A stretch of DNA of 64,000 nucleotides from Salisapilia sapeloensis CBS 127946 (lineage: Eukaryota > Protista > Oomycota), in NCBI GenBank assembly GCA_023334545.1, contig JAADVB010000090.1:1-64000 (forward strand), given 5' to 3'. The translations under genes and the position numbers were made by a program. Positions 44,364-54,100 of this stretch are shown here, in pieces; position 1 is the stretch's first letter, and each line of letters starts with the position of its first letter. The notes below the pieces were generated by a model. That model had not been told where the DNA came from. It searched no databases and saw only the letters and a list, made by a program, of their open reading frames with translations.

Positions 44364-46307
44364 ATGTCGGTGGATCAAGAGTCTCAGTCGTCCACCTCGT
44401 TCCCGTTCCAGATTCGGCCGTCGACATCTTTGTCAACTTCTCAAGTGGAAAGTCTTGATCAAATCCTCGATTACCAGCTTGAGAAGACCATTGAAGCCTA
44501 TGAAACGTACACGAAGAACGCACGCAATCTCGACCCGCATCATTGGCGACCTCTTCAGTCCAAAGGAAAACTGACGGTTTACAAGGACATTCGTACGACG
44601 ACTGGAAACACAGAGAATGGCGGGGGGGAACTGGATGAAAACTTTCCAACCTTACTAACCGTAGGTAGTATGGATTCTAGCGTGGAGGATGCCATGCTCG
44701 GTCTCCTTGCTCCTGATACCCCGGAGATGCATGTTACCGGTCATTACCTTGACTCGGGCATGTCCGACGGTATCGTCCTCATGCCCCTACGGTTACCAAC
44801 GACGGAGGAACCATTTACATTTCGTGCTGTCAAATGGTTCGTCCAGCAGCCTCCGAAGCGCTTGAAAAGACTTGCAACGGCGAGAGAGTTGGTATATGTC
44901 GAAGGCATGGGTATGGCCAGTCTTTCAGATGGTACTCAAGTTGGCTACGTGCTTCGAAGGCCAGTGGATGTGCCTCAATTACCACAAAGTAGTACTCGTA
45001 CGATGCGTACAAGGCTTACGGAATGCTGCATTTTTGCCCCTGGCAAATTGGCAAAGACGGTTGATGTCTATTGCAAAGGTAAGGTCGCACCGAGTGGTGC
45101 AGCACCTGCTTCACTTATGATCTCCTGGTGTGCCGATACGTTCCTTGCAACTGTCCAAGCTCCCATAAGTGCGCAAAAGAAGAAACTCTCGTGGATTGCA
45201 GGTTTGACAGCAGGTGTGCCGAGTGACCGGATGTCAGAGGCTGCTTCCGAGTCTCTTGCCGATGAGGATGGCTCCAAGCGATCGCATACTACTTTCGATA
45301 ACCTTACAGCTAAAGCAAAAGGAATGAATCACGCCAAACTGAACCCTATCAGAGCTTGGAAACCTCATGATGGTGCTTCCCCGCTTCGATGCACCCGTTG
45401 TGACCGCAAGTTTGGAGCTTTCCATTCCGCAATGGAATGCAACTCGTGTCGAGAAAGCGTTTGCTCCAAGTGCCGTATCGCGTTTGAGATTAGCATTGCC
45501 AATCGAACAGATAGTATGGCGGTGGAGTATGCGAGGGTACTAAAGCGGAACTTCTGTACGAAATGCAACTTCCAAGCTCACCAGTTAAATTCCTTTTCAC
45601 TGGCAACGACACTGGCTGGAGCGAATACGTATGGTGTCTTGCCTTCGCATCACCATGTTTCCACTAAATCATCCGGGCATGCTGTATCAAGTACTGATGG
45701 CACTGGGGCTTCTGCGGAAAAGATTGAGAATGGAATGAGTATTTTACTACCACAGGACCAAGATACTACGCGAGTAAGCTCAGATCAGAGGAAATCAAGC
45801 TCACCGTCACCAAACAAACGGCCTATGCGCTACTCGCAGCCATCGTACGATCCGACACGTGATAGCATTCCACCAATGGAACGGGTTAGCAGCTCATACG
45901 ATAACCACACGAGTGATGGACATGTGAAGCGACTGTCGATCTCAATGGTGGACGCCAAGGAGATGAACAAGTGGCATTTGGACGAACCGACGGGCATGAA
46001 GGCTGATATGACTAAGACCAGGATCGCCGATCAAATGTTGTCCATTACCGCTTCGACATCGACAATGTTCAGCTCCCCTGGAGACAGCGAGCTCGAGAAT
46101 GAGTGGCGAGAGTCCTATACTCCTCATCTAACAACGGTCGATACGACCCCTACATCGGCTACTCAAGCCTATCAGAATGACTTGTATGACCGAATGAATC
46201 GTCTTCGAATGGCAGCAGACGATGCGTACAAAATGGCAAAGCAGACGACGAGTGTGCATATGACAATGACCGAGAAGGAATCCTTATCGATTGAAGATTT
46301 GGATTAA
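44364..46307 (+). CDS. START-like domain + FYVE-like zinc-finger protein (intronless)
   Basis: HWRPLQSKGKLTVYKD...VEDAMLGL...PFTFRAVKW...RELVYVEGMG...KKLSW, then CTRC...CNSC..VCSKC...FCTKC. This is the typical oomycete START-FYVE layout. Confidence 0.85.
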   Translation: MSVDQESQSSTSFPFQIRPSTSLSTSQVESLDQILDYQLEKTIEAYETYTKNARNLDPHHWRPLQSKGKLTVYKDIRTTTGNTENGGGELDENFPTLLTVGSMDSSVEDAMLGLLAPDTPEMHVTGHYLDSGMSDGIVLMPLRLPTTEEPFTFRAVKWFVQQPPKRLKRLATARELVYVEGMGMASLSDGTQVGYVLRRPVDVPQLPQSSTRTMRTRLTECCIFAPGKLAKTVDVYCKGKVAPSGAAPASLMISWCADTFLATVQAPISAQKKKLSWIAGLTAGVPSDRMSEAASESLADEDGSKRSHTTFDNLTAKAKGMNHAKLNPIRAWKPHDGASPLRCTRCDRKFGAFHSAMECNSCRESVCSKCRIAFEISIANRTDSMAVEYARVLKRNFCTKCNFQAHQLNSFSLATTLAGANTYGVLPSHHHVSTKSSGHAVSSTDGTGASAEKIENGMSILLPQDQDTTRVSSDQRKSSSPSPNKRPMRYSQPSYDPTRDSIPPMERVSSSYDNHTSDGHVKRLSISMVDAKEMNKWHLDEPTGMKADMTKTRIADQMLSITASTSTMFSSPGDSELENEWRESYTPHLTTVDTTPTSATQAYQNDLYDRMNRLRMAADDAYKMAKQTTSVHMTMTEKESLSIEDLD

Positions 46308-46501
46308 AGTCCTTCGCTTGGTATTTTTACACTAGAAAGTATATGTGTGTATGCTTGGAATATCAATTTGAGTTGCAAGTAAAACTAGTTGTGTATATGA
46401 ATTGTATTCACCAAAGTCGATTGTATCATGTACTTCGCAACTTTGTATTTCGCTTAAGACAGATTGGCGACTAGTATCAAGCATTAGTATGACTAGGAGA
46501 G

Positions 46502-47237
46502 CTAGTAAAAAGTAGATGACGTACGATAATTGTTGCAAAAGTTCTGGAGCTGAGGCACCATGTTCGCCGATAGGTTCGGATAGACGTACGTGATGAGGCA
46601 GTAGACTGGCTGAGATGTGGCTTTTCGCTCCACTTTACACACAGCGATGCCCTCGCCTTCCTCTAGTTCTGGGTTTCCACGTCGACCGTAGATGAGAGGC
46701 GGATGGAATCTATGGACGTCGTATTGTTCATTTAAAAGCACAATGCCAGACGCAATCGTGTCTTCACGCTTGTCAAACAGCTTCCGTAGAGCTCTATCAT
46801 TTCGTATGAGTGCATATGAACAAATCAATAGGTTCACAAGTACATCCTTACTCCACTTCTCCTTCAAGCGGCTTGACCGTGGCGGCAATAAGCCGTCCTT
46901 CGTGATCAAACGCCACAGCCTTTTTCCATTCTTTGCGAGATTTCAAGCTCTGCGCGATCGTCGTGGGAGTCACTTCTTCCCCTGGTGCAGCAGTGCTAGA
47001 AGAGGAAGAGCTTTTACTAGCAAGTGCATCTGCTTTGGCGGATGCTGTCGGCTTCGACCGGGAAGCACTAGCTTGGGTCGCATGAGGAACCGACGACGTC
47101 GCAGTCGCAGCAGCGGCACTACTAGAATGCGAAAGCGCTGGATTTTTCACTGCACTACTTTCTGGACCGTCAGGAGTAGTATTCGCGCGTGCAAGACCTT
47201 GCGTCGAGCTCTGGGCTCCGGAGGTCGACGTCGCCAT
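46502..47237 (-). CDS. Profilin-like protein with disordered N-terminal extension (2 exons)
   Basis: Intron 46794-46851. AVAFDHEGRLIA...LFDKREDTIASGIVLLNEQYDVHRFHPPLIYGRRG...GEGIAVCK...LITY resembles the profilin fold. Confidence 0.65.
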
Positions 47238-47326
47238 CTTCGTGTCGGGTACAATCGAATGATCAAGTCAGAGCATACAGAACGCAAGTGTAACGATCTA
47301 AGAAAAGAAAAGTGGCACGTGACTAT

Positions 47327-48439
47327 TTAGATATGGAGCTCCTGGCCGACAAAAGGCGAGTCATCGATGGAAAGCTGACGATGGCGAGTGAGCAATGGTG
47401 TGGCTTCACTGTCGACTGGGGCTCGACACCAGGAGAAGAGACTGAGGCAATATCGATTCTGGTTTGCTTGAGACGTCTTGCTCGACTGTCGTTTGATACT
47501 CATCATGGCGATGACGAGAGAGCCTGGGAGGATCTCTGGGATCGTATAGAATAGCCACGGGTTAGAAGCGTGTGGGTCGAATACTTCTAGACCTGGTGTA
47601 GAGATCACGAGAAGGATACTACGATATAAAAAGAGTAACGAGACGATGGAGCCGAGGACGACAATGCGGCGCGCTAATGCTGCTGCTAGCGGCGAGAACT
47701 CAATCTTACGAAGCACTCGACGAAGGTGCAGCGCAGATCGAGCGAGCATGAATGCTAAAAAGAAGAAGAAGAGAGCGATGAAGGCGTACTCGAACTTGAA
47801 AACGGCGCTGTCGTAGCCTGGGAAAAAAGTTTTGACGGCTAAGAGGGCAAATTCCATCAAGTACAGCCAGACGTTGACTACGACTAGCGATCGTCGGGCA
47901 CGAGACTGGTGCTTATTCTTCCTCGTGTAGTCGGCAATGACCGACTGGTTGGCAGCAAACCTGGCAAGAGGCCTCGACGCAGATTTTGCCTGGGACAACA
48001 CGTCTTCCCAGAAGCGTAATAGCAGCGTAAACGCAGAAAAGTAGAGTAGAGTAGCTAATTTTCCGAATGAAATGACGCCGAGAACGTAGACATCGATTCG
48101 TGTGGGCAAAATCGGCACGTTGATAATCATGTGCGAGTACGAGTACGGAGGCGTGTAGCCATGGACCCATTCGAAGAAATGGAGGTTGCTCAGTACCATC
48201 CATGCAATTCGACAGACGTATGCAAAGCCGAGGAAGGTCGGGAACCAGCGCATGGGTTTGACTGGCATCAAGTGCGTGGCATGACCATGCTCGCCCAACC
48301 GAGCTCGTCTAATGCTCACCGAGACAGTATAGGCAAGGGCAACAATGTAGCAGTAGATGGACAGTGCAGCTGCCGACCTTGTATTGATACAATGGCCTTC
48401 TCCGAGGCATATCTCCTCGAAGAGGTCCAAAAGCATCAT
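47327..48439 (-). CDS. Multi-pass (about 7 TM) membrane protein, THH1/TOM1/GPR137-like
   Basis: Six to seven hydrophobic helices. Motifs LYFSAFTLLLRFWEDV and PWLFYTIPEILPGSLVI. First ATG at 48439. Confidence 0.7.
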   Translation of the reverse strand: MMLLDLFEEICLGEGHCINTRSAAALSIYCYIVALAYTVSVSIRRARLGEHGHATHLMPVKPMRWFPTFLGFAYVCRIAWMVLSNLHFFEWVHGYTPPYSYSHMIINVPILPTRIDVYVLGVISFGKLATLLYFSAFTLLLRFWEDVLSQAKSASRPLARFAANQSVIADYTRKNKHQSRARRSLVVVNVWLYLMEFALLAVKTFFPGYDSAVFKFEYAFIALFFFFLAFMLARSALHLRRVLRKIEFSPLAAALARRIVVLGSIVSLLFLYRSILLVISTPGLEVFDPHASNPWLFYTIPEILPGSLVIAMMSIKRQSSKTSQANQNRYCLSLFSWCRAPVDSEATPLLTRHRQLSIDDSPFVGQELHI

Positions 48440-48573
48440 TTCGTGTTCCTGCGAGTGATTCGGTACGGTAGAGATTCCACTTGGATTTTGTATACTTCTG
48501 ATAATTCGATCTTGAAACGACGTGAGCTTCCACCTCTTCATCTCTCCGTCGTCATCGTCCTGCCTTCGCTACC

Positions 48574-49112
48574 ATGGTGCTTCATGCATGCATAGTAATG
48601 TAGTGATAGCATTATTATAACCGATGGTATAGATTCGTTTCTTGTTAATGCAAAATCGACAAGGCAAGACGCGTTTGTCCAAGTGGTATGTGTCGCCACC
48701 GGACGATGATGCCAAGATCAAGTTGGAGCGAGAGATTCATCGGCTCGTGGTCGGGCGGGATGCCAAGTTCACCAATATTATCGAATTTCGTGACTACAAG
48801 CTCATATCTCGTCGATACGCTGGCCTGTTCTTCATCCTGGCAGTCGATGTCGATGACAATGAGCTCCTGGCGTTGGAAACGATCCACCTCTTTGTCGAGT
48901 TACTCGACCAGCAATTCGCCAACGTCTGTGAGCTGGACATTATCTTCAATTTCAACAAAGTACTGTCATCACTATCTCCTCTTCCAATTTCTTCTACCTC
49001 TATCCTCTAGGTCTACAGCATGCTCGACGAGTACATTCTCGGTGGACAAGTACAAGAAAGCTCGAAGCGAGAGATGCTTGATCGTATTCGAGAGCTCGAA
49101 AAGCTAGACTAA
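48574..49112 (+). CDS. AP2S1: Adaptor protein complex sigma subunit (AP-2 sigma-like), 3 exons
   Basis: ATG, then intron 48577-48632, then [19 protein letters not shown]...RDAKFTN...RRYAGLFF...[13 protein letters not shown]|VYSMLDE. Confidence 0.88.
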
Positions 49113-49203
49113 AATCAATAGGAAAGCTCAAAATGCTCATTCGCGTTTGCTCCTAGTCTAGGTAAATAGATGCCAGTCCAAACCTTTTACTACGATTGCC
49201 ATC

Positions 49204-50913
49204 CTATGATGCAGCTTGTTCCTGCCACTGAACTTGATCCATCTTACTCGATTCCACCTTTTGTGACTCGACACGCTCGTCTTCATCGTCACTATCAATT
49301 TCAATCACCTCTTGCGTCGTGGCTTTTGCCTCGCCTACCTCATGCACCTCTTTTACAGGCTCAACATACGTCGGCACCTCCTCCTTTGCAGGAGTCGGGG
49401 CTCTCGGACCATGTAAAAAGTTATTTTCAACCACAAATTCAACGAGCTGTAGCATCTTGTGTTGCTCTCGCTGCACATCCTTTTGCAATAGTTTACGCAA
49501 GAGCGACTGCTGTTCCAAAGCCCACTTATCCTCCACTTCCTTCTCCTCTTTCTTGGCGTTCGTGACAGCTAAAAACTTATCCGCCATGTCCTGATCGTGA
49601 CTAAAGCCACAGGTGTCGCCACGACGACACGTACCTGTGCGAGCAAATTGATGACAAGCGAATTGACTACGATCGTGACTAAAATGACAGCGACTACCGA
49701 AACGGCAGTGGCCTTGGCTGTACAAGCGACAGAGCTTGGTCTTGATCTCCTGAGGAGCCTCCTTTGGTTGTTTCACCGGACGCTCTTCCTCCACCTCTCC
49801 ATCCTCTAGGTCGTCTAGACTACGCTTCTCGCCTGCAGAAGGCTTAGACGCAACGACAGACGCGCTCGGCCATCGCCTACGTCGCTCAGCACGCCACTCG
49901 GCGATCTCTTCCGGCGAATTGCCGACGAGAACCATGAACTTTTGACCTTCTACTTCGATTTCTTTCAAGCCAGCGCCACTGAACGTGCCGTGATTGGTCT
50001 GGTAGTGGACAGAGACTACTTTCTTGGACGCAGAGAAGTCACAGCCTTCAGCTGTGCAAGGCACGTGGGTCTTATTGTGCGCTTCGAGCTGTGAAGCGAC
50101 GGCAAAGGACTTATCGCACGGCTCACAAAAGTACTTGCCGTCATCTACCTCGTCTGTCTTGGGCTCTAAAGGATAGTCCTGACGCTCTGGCTGCACCGGT
50201 TCGTTCGGACGATACGGGTTCGAGTCGTTCGGACGGTAGGAACGATCGTGCTCGGGGTAAAATCGCTCTGGCTGCGGACGTTCACGAGGATGAGGCCGAT
50301 GCTGGTTGTTCGGACAGTGCTGTATCCAGTGCCCAGGCTCATTGCATTTATGACAAACGTAGGAAGGAGGTGGATAGCTCGGTCGCGGTCGAGCGTACGG
50401 AGCATAAGGCTCCGGATTCCGATATGCAGGCGGTTGATACCGTTGTGGCGGCTCGCGTTGGGCCATGTACATGCTACTGTCATTTTGACTATTATTTGGT
50501 TGATTATATCGATCTGGATACGAATCCCCGGATGGCATGTACGCGAGTTGTCTACTAGAATACGATGCAGGAGACTGGACACGAGGGTCGACTGGGCCTC
50601 TTGCCGACATGTTTGCATTAGGTTCATACATGCGAGATTGTGCAAGATTGTATTGCGGCAGAGGCTGCTGTTGCTGCGGTTGCTGCTGCATATGCGCCAT
50701 GGGTGGTGCATACCCGGCATACTCGCCTCCAGCAGGCATCGGATAAGGAGGAACATTCGATTGATATGACATGTCTGGCTGCATCGGAGGTGCATTTTGG
50801 TATGCATACGGATGGAAATTAGGTGCTTGTGAGTCTCGACCACGACCGCGACCGCCGCGACCACCACGCCGACCACCACGGCGGCCTCCTCGGAACCCAC
50901 GGCCTCGATACAT
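49204..50913 (-). CDS. NUFIP1: NUFIP1/Rsa1-like protein with RGG box, CCHC knuckle, C2H2 fingers and two CCCH fingers
   Basis: CEPCDKSF...H..TH.PC...GCDF...H followed by the NUFIP1 motif SPEEIAEWRAERRRRWPS. Also an RGG N-terminus, CHKCNEPGHWIQHC and two CCCH motifs. Confidence 0.75.
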   Translation of the reverse strand: MYRGRGFRGGRRGGRRGGRGGRGRGRDSQAPNFHPYAYQNAPPMQPDMSYQSNVPPYPMPAGGEYAGYAPPMAHMQQQPQQQQPLPQYNLAQSRMYEPNANMSARGPVDPRVQSPASYSSRQLAYMPSGDSYPDRYNQPNNSQNDSSMYMAQREPPQRYQPPAYRNPEPYAPYARPRPSYPPPSYVCHKCNEPGHWIQHCPNNQHRPHPRERPQPERFYPEHDRSYRPNDSNPYRPNEPVQPERQDYPLEPKTDEVDDGKYFCEPCDKSFAVASQLEAHNKTHVPCTAEGCDFSASKKVVSVHYQTNHGTFSGAGLKEIEVEGQKFMVLVGNSPEEIAEWRAERRRRWPSASVVASKPSAGEKRSLDDLEDGEVEEERPVKQPKEAPQEIKTKLCRLYSQGHCRFGSRCHFSHDRSQFACHQFARTGTCRRGDTCGFSHDQDMADKFLAVTNAKKEEKEVEDKWALEQQSLLRKLLQKDVQREQHKMLQLVEFVVENNFLHGPRAPTPAKEEVPTYVEPVKEVHEVGEAKATTQEVIEIDSDDEDERVESQKVESSKMDQVQWQEQAAS

Positions 50914-51106
50914 ATTCTCTTTTGGCGGTTTTGACCGCCAGTTGATAGCGGTACAGATTATATCGTCTTCGCTGTCACTTTTGTGTCGACGATTGGTTGG
51001 CGTGTTTGTATCATCCAATAAAAGGATGACAGAATTGTCGGTAACAGTAGTGGGACAATAGCAAGAAATTGTCCGAGTCGAAGCTAATCAAGTGGTCCGA
51101 AGGACT

Positions 51107-54100
51107 ATGGAGCTACCACAGGAAGAGGAATGGGATGATGCAATCTTGTCTGAGATCTCTATGCTCGAGACGAGTCACCTCCAGAGACGACAGACTCCAA
51201 ATTTGTCGGAAAATCGGTCAAATCAAGCCACAATGGACCAAACGAGTGACCAGTGGAGCTGTCATAAGTGCACGCTGCTTAATGCTGCTACATTAAGTTA
51301 TTGTGCAATGTGCAAGACGCCTCGATCTGGTCAGAACAGTGTTGTAAGCAAAGGCAAAGTGCAGTCGACGCTGTCGTTTGGCGGTTCTTCTCGACGGCCT
51401 CCACCTCGGCCAGGACCGTCACAAGCACCGAAGAGGTCGCTTCCGACGAAACCTATAGCATCCAAGTCTCCTGCTTTACAGTCCATACAACCGGTTAACC
51501 TCATCGAAAGACCGAGACAAGCACAACGAGAAGATCCGATCGCTGCGAAGCGATACTTAGACATTAGCCCTGGAGAACAGCCTCACTACGATGCGACAGC
51601 TATCCACAAGTTCGTGTATCCGACAAACTACCAAGTTCGGGACTACCAGCTTAATATTTCAGAACGTTCTTTATATCACAACACGCTCGTGACGTTGCCC
51701 ACTGGTCTCGGGAAAACACTCATCGCTTCTGTCGTCATGTATAATTTCTATAAATGGTTTCCACAAGGTCAGATCGTGTTCATGGCACCAACGAAGCCAC
51801 TAGTAGCACAGCAAATACGTGCTTGTCATGAAATCATGGGCATTGACACATCTGAGACTGCGCAATTACAAGGGAACGTTCCACCAGCGACACGAGCCCA
51901 GCTATGGCGAACCAAGCGAGTTTTCTTCTGTACTCCTCAAAGCCTCCAGAACGATGTGGAGAAAGGACGATGTCTCGCAGACCGCTTCGTCTGTCTCGTA
52001 GTCGATGAAGCGCATCGAGCGACGGGGAATTATGCCTATTGCAACGTCATCAAGGCCGTGGAGAGTCAGACACGAACATTTCGAGTGCTAGCGCTGTCCG
52101 CTACACCTGGTGCCAAGTACGACGTTATTCAGGACGTAATTAAAAACCTACGCATATCCCACGTCGAGTGTCGGAATGCCGACGACGTGGACGTGAAGCG
52201 CTTCACGCACGCTCGACAGGAAGAAGTAGTTAAGTGTGGCTTAACGCAGCCACTAACAGAACTAAAGACAGCATATCTCAAGGTCATAGCTAGAGTAGCA
52301 CAGCGTCTAGCTTTGATCAATGCTTTGCCCCAAAAGGATCCGGATAAGCTGAACCGATGGTTTGTCCTGCAGAGGCGACAGGCCTTTCGAGAGTCTTCAT
52401 TATACGCATCGAATCGAGGTGCAGAAGCAGACTTTGCATTGTTAGTTAGTCTAGTACATGCTCGAGATCTCTTGACGATCCATGGGTTAAGTAGTTTCCA
52501 AGAGTACGTCCAAGGATGGATCGATGAGCAGCAAACAGGACGTTTATCCTGGTCTAAGAAAGATATGTTCCAATCAGAAGAGTTTAAAGCAGTACAGACG
52601 TACTTGTCAGATCTCGCAGGTCCATCGGAAGCGTCTCGACCGGAGAACCATCCGAAATTCGCCAAGCTCAAGGAGATATTGTTAGAGCACTTTCGTCGAC
52701 ATGATCAAGGAGGACATCACTCCACACGTGCAATCGTCTTTACACAGTACCGAGCGAGTGTGTCGGAGATTGTGAAGCTGCTTAAGCCGTTGTCTCCTAT
52801 GATCCGCGTCCAGCCTTTCATCGGACAAGGACAGTCAGGAAAAGGGAAGGACGGGAAAGGTATGTCGCAGAAACTGCAGCAGGAGATCGTGCACAAGTTC
52901 CGACAAGGCGAGTTCAACGTCTTGACTGCGACGTGTATTGCAGAGGAAGGACTGGACATTGGGGACGTCGACTTGATCGTATCATTCGATGCGTTAACGT
53001 CGCCTGTTCGTATGATCCAGCGCATGGGACGAACAGGACGGAAGCGTGTAGGACGCGTCGTCGTGCTCGTGACGGAAGGTGATGAAGAGAAGAAGCTACA
53101 ACGAAGTGAACGCGCAGCCAAGTCTGTTAGTAAGGCTCTGACCATGTACAAGAGTAAGTTTGAATATTGCTCATGCGCTCGGATGGTACCGGAGGGTATA
53201 TGTCCGGAGCTGAGTGAATTACGAATGGAAATTCCAGAGTTTCATGCGTCTCAAGTTGCTGGGAAAGGACCTGTGTTGGAGAAGAAGAAGAAGAGTCTGA
53301 CGTGGAGACTGACGGAGATGGAGGAAATGGTCGGAAGAGCTCGATTCTTTCCAGAGAAGATGGATGAGCTTGGACGAAAGGCTGTCTTTCCGTTGATGAC
53401 TAACTCGTTTCATCTGTGTAAGCCACGAGAGTATGTAGTAGGAAAGAAAAGTACAGTGCTCCAGGACATTGTACGCCAGATACGAGGTGTCGACGTGTCG
53501 GAGGAAGAGAACAAGGTGGAGGATGTAGAAGTAGATGCAGACGAGTATAACAGTCCGATCGTGGAGGAGAGCCAAGGGTCATTCTTTCAGTTCAATGGTT
53601 TTAGCGATGTGGTAACGATGGACGAGGCAGAGGCAGAGAATAAAACTCCAGTCCATTGGACGGAGCCTACACCTACGACAGTGCAGAAGACATCGGCTAA
53701 GAAGCGTAAGGAAAGTGGGGTAGATGCATCTGTGTTGGCGCAAGGCACTGCCTTACTCGCTGAACTGCGTGAGCTTGCTTCAGTCGAGACACCTCTCGTT
53801 TCGCATTCGCCTGAAGGTAACAAGTCACTGAATGCAGCTTCTCCTCCAACGCATACAAGTCCTCGACCAGACTTTCCTCGTATCTCACTTCCACGTCGTC
53901 TCTTTAATCATGTTGATACTTGTCATGATGGTAATGTGGTTCCGTCGCCTCCAAAGCAAGCTACAGAGAATGCGAAGGCATCTCAAGAGTCTGCCGTACT
54001 CACGCCAAGCGCGTCTCCTATCATTACCCGCACGCAGGATGTCGACTGCAGTGTTTGTGGCGAAAAGGAGAGTTACGAAGAAGATGTGATCGTCTTGTGT

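Noticed and set aside
5981-49112. Apparent clustering of trafficking and cytoskeleton genes (COPB2, AP-2 sigma, EMC1, ELMO, FYVE, NT-C2, profilin-like)
   Set aside because: These categories are abundant in eukaryotic genomes, and there is no shared regulatory signal to support a functional cluster.
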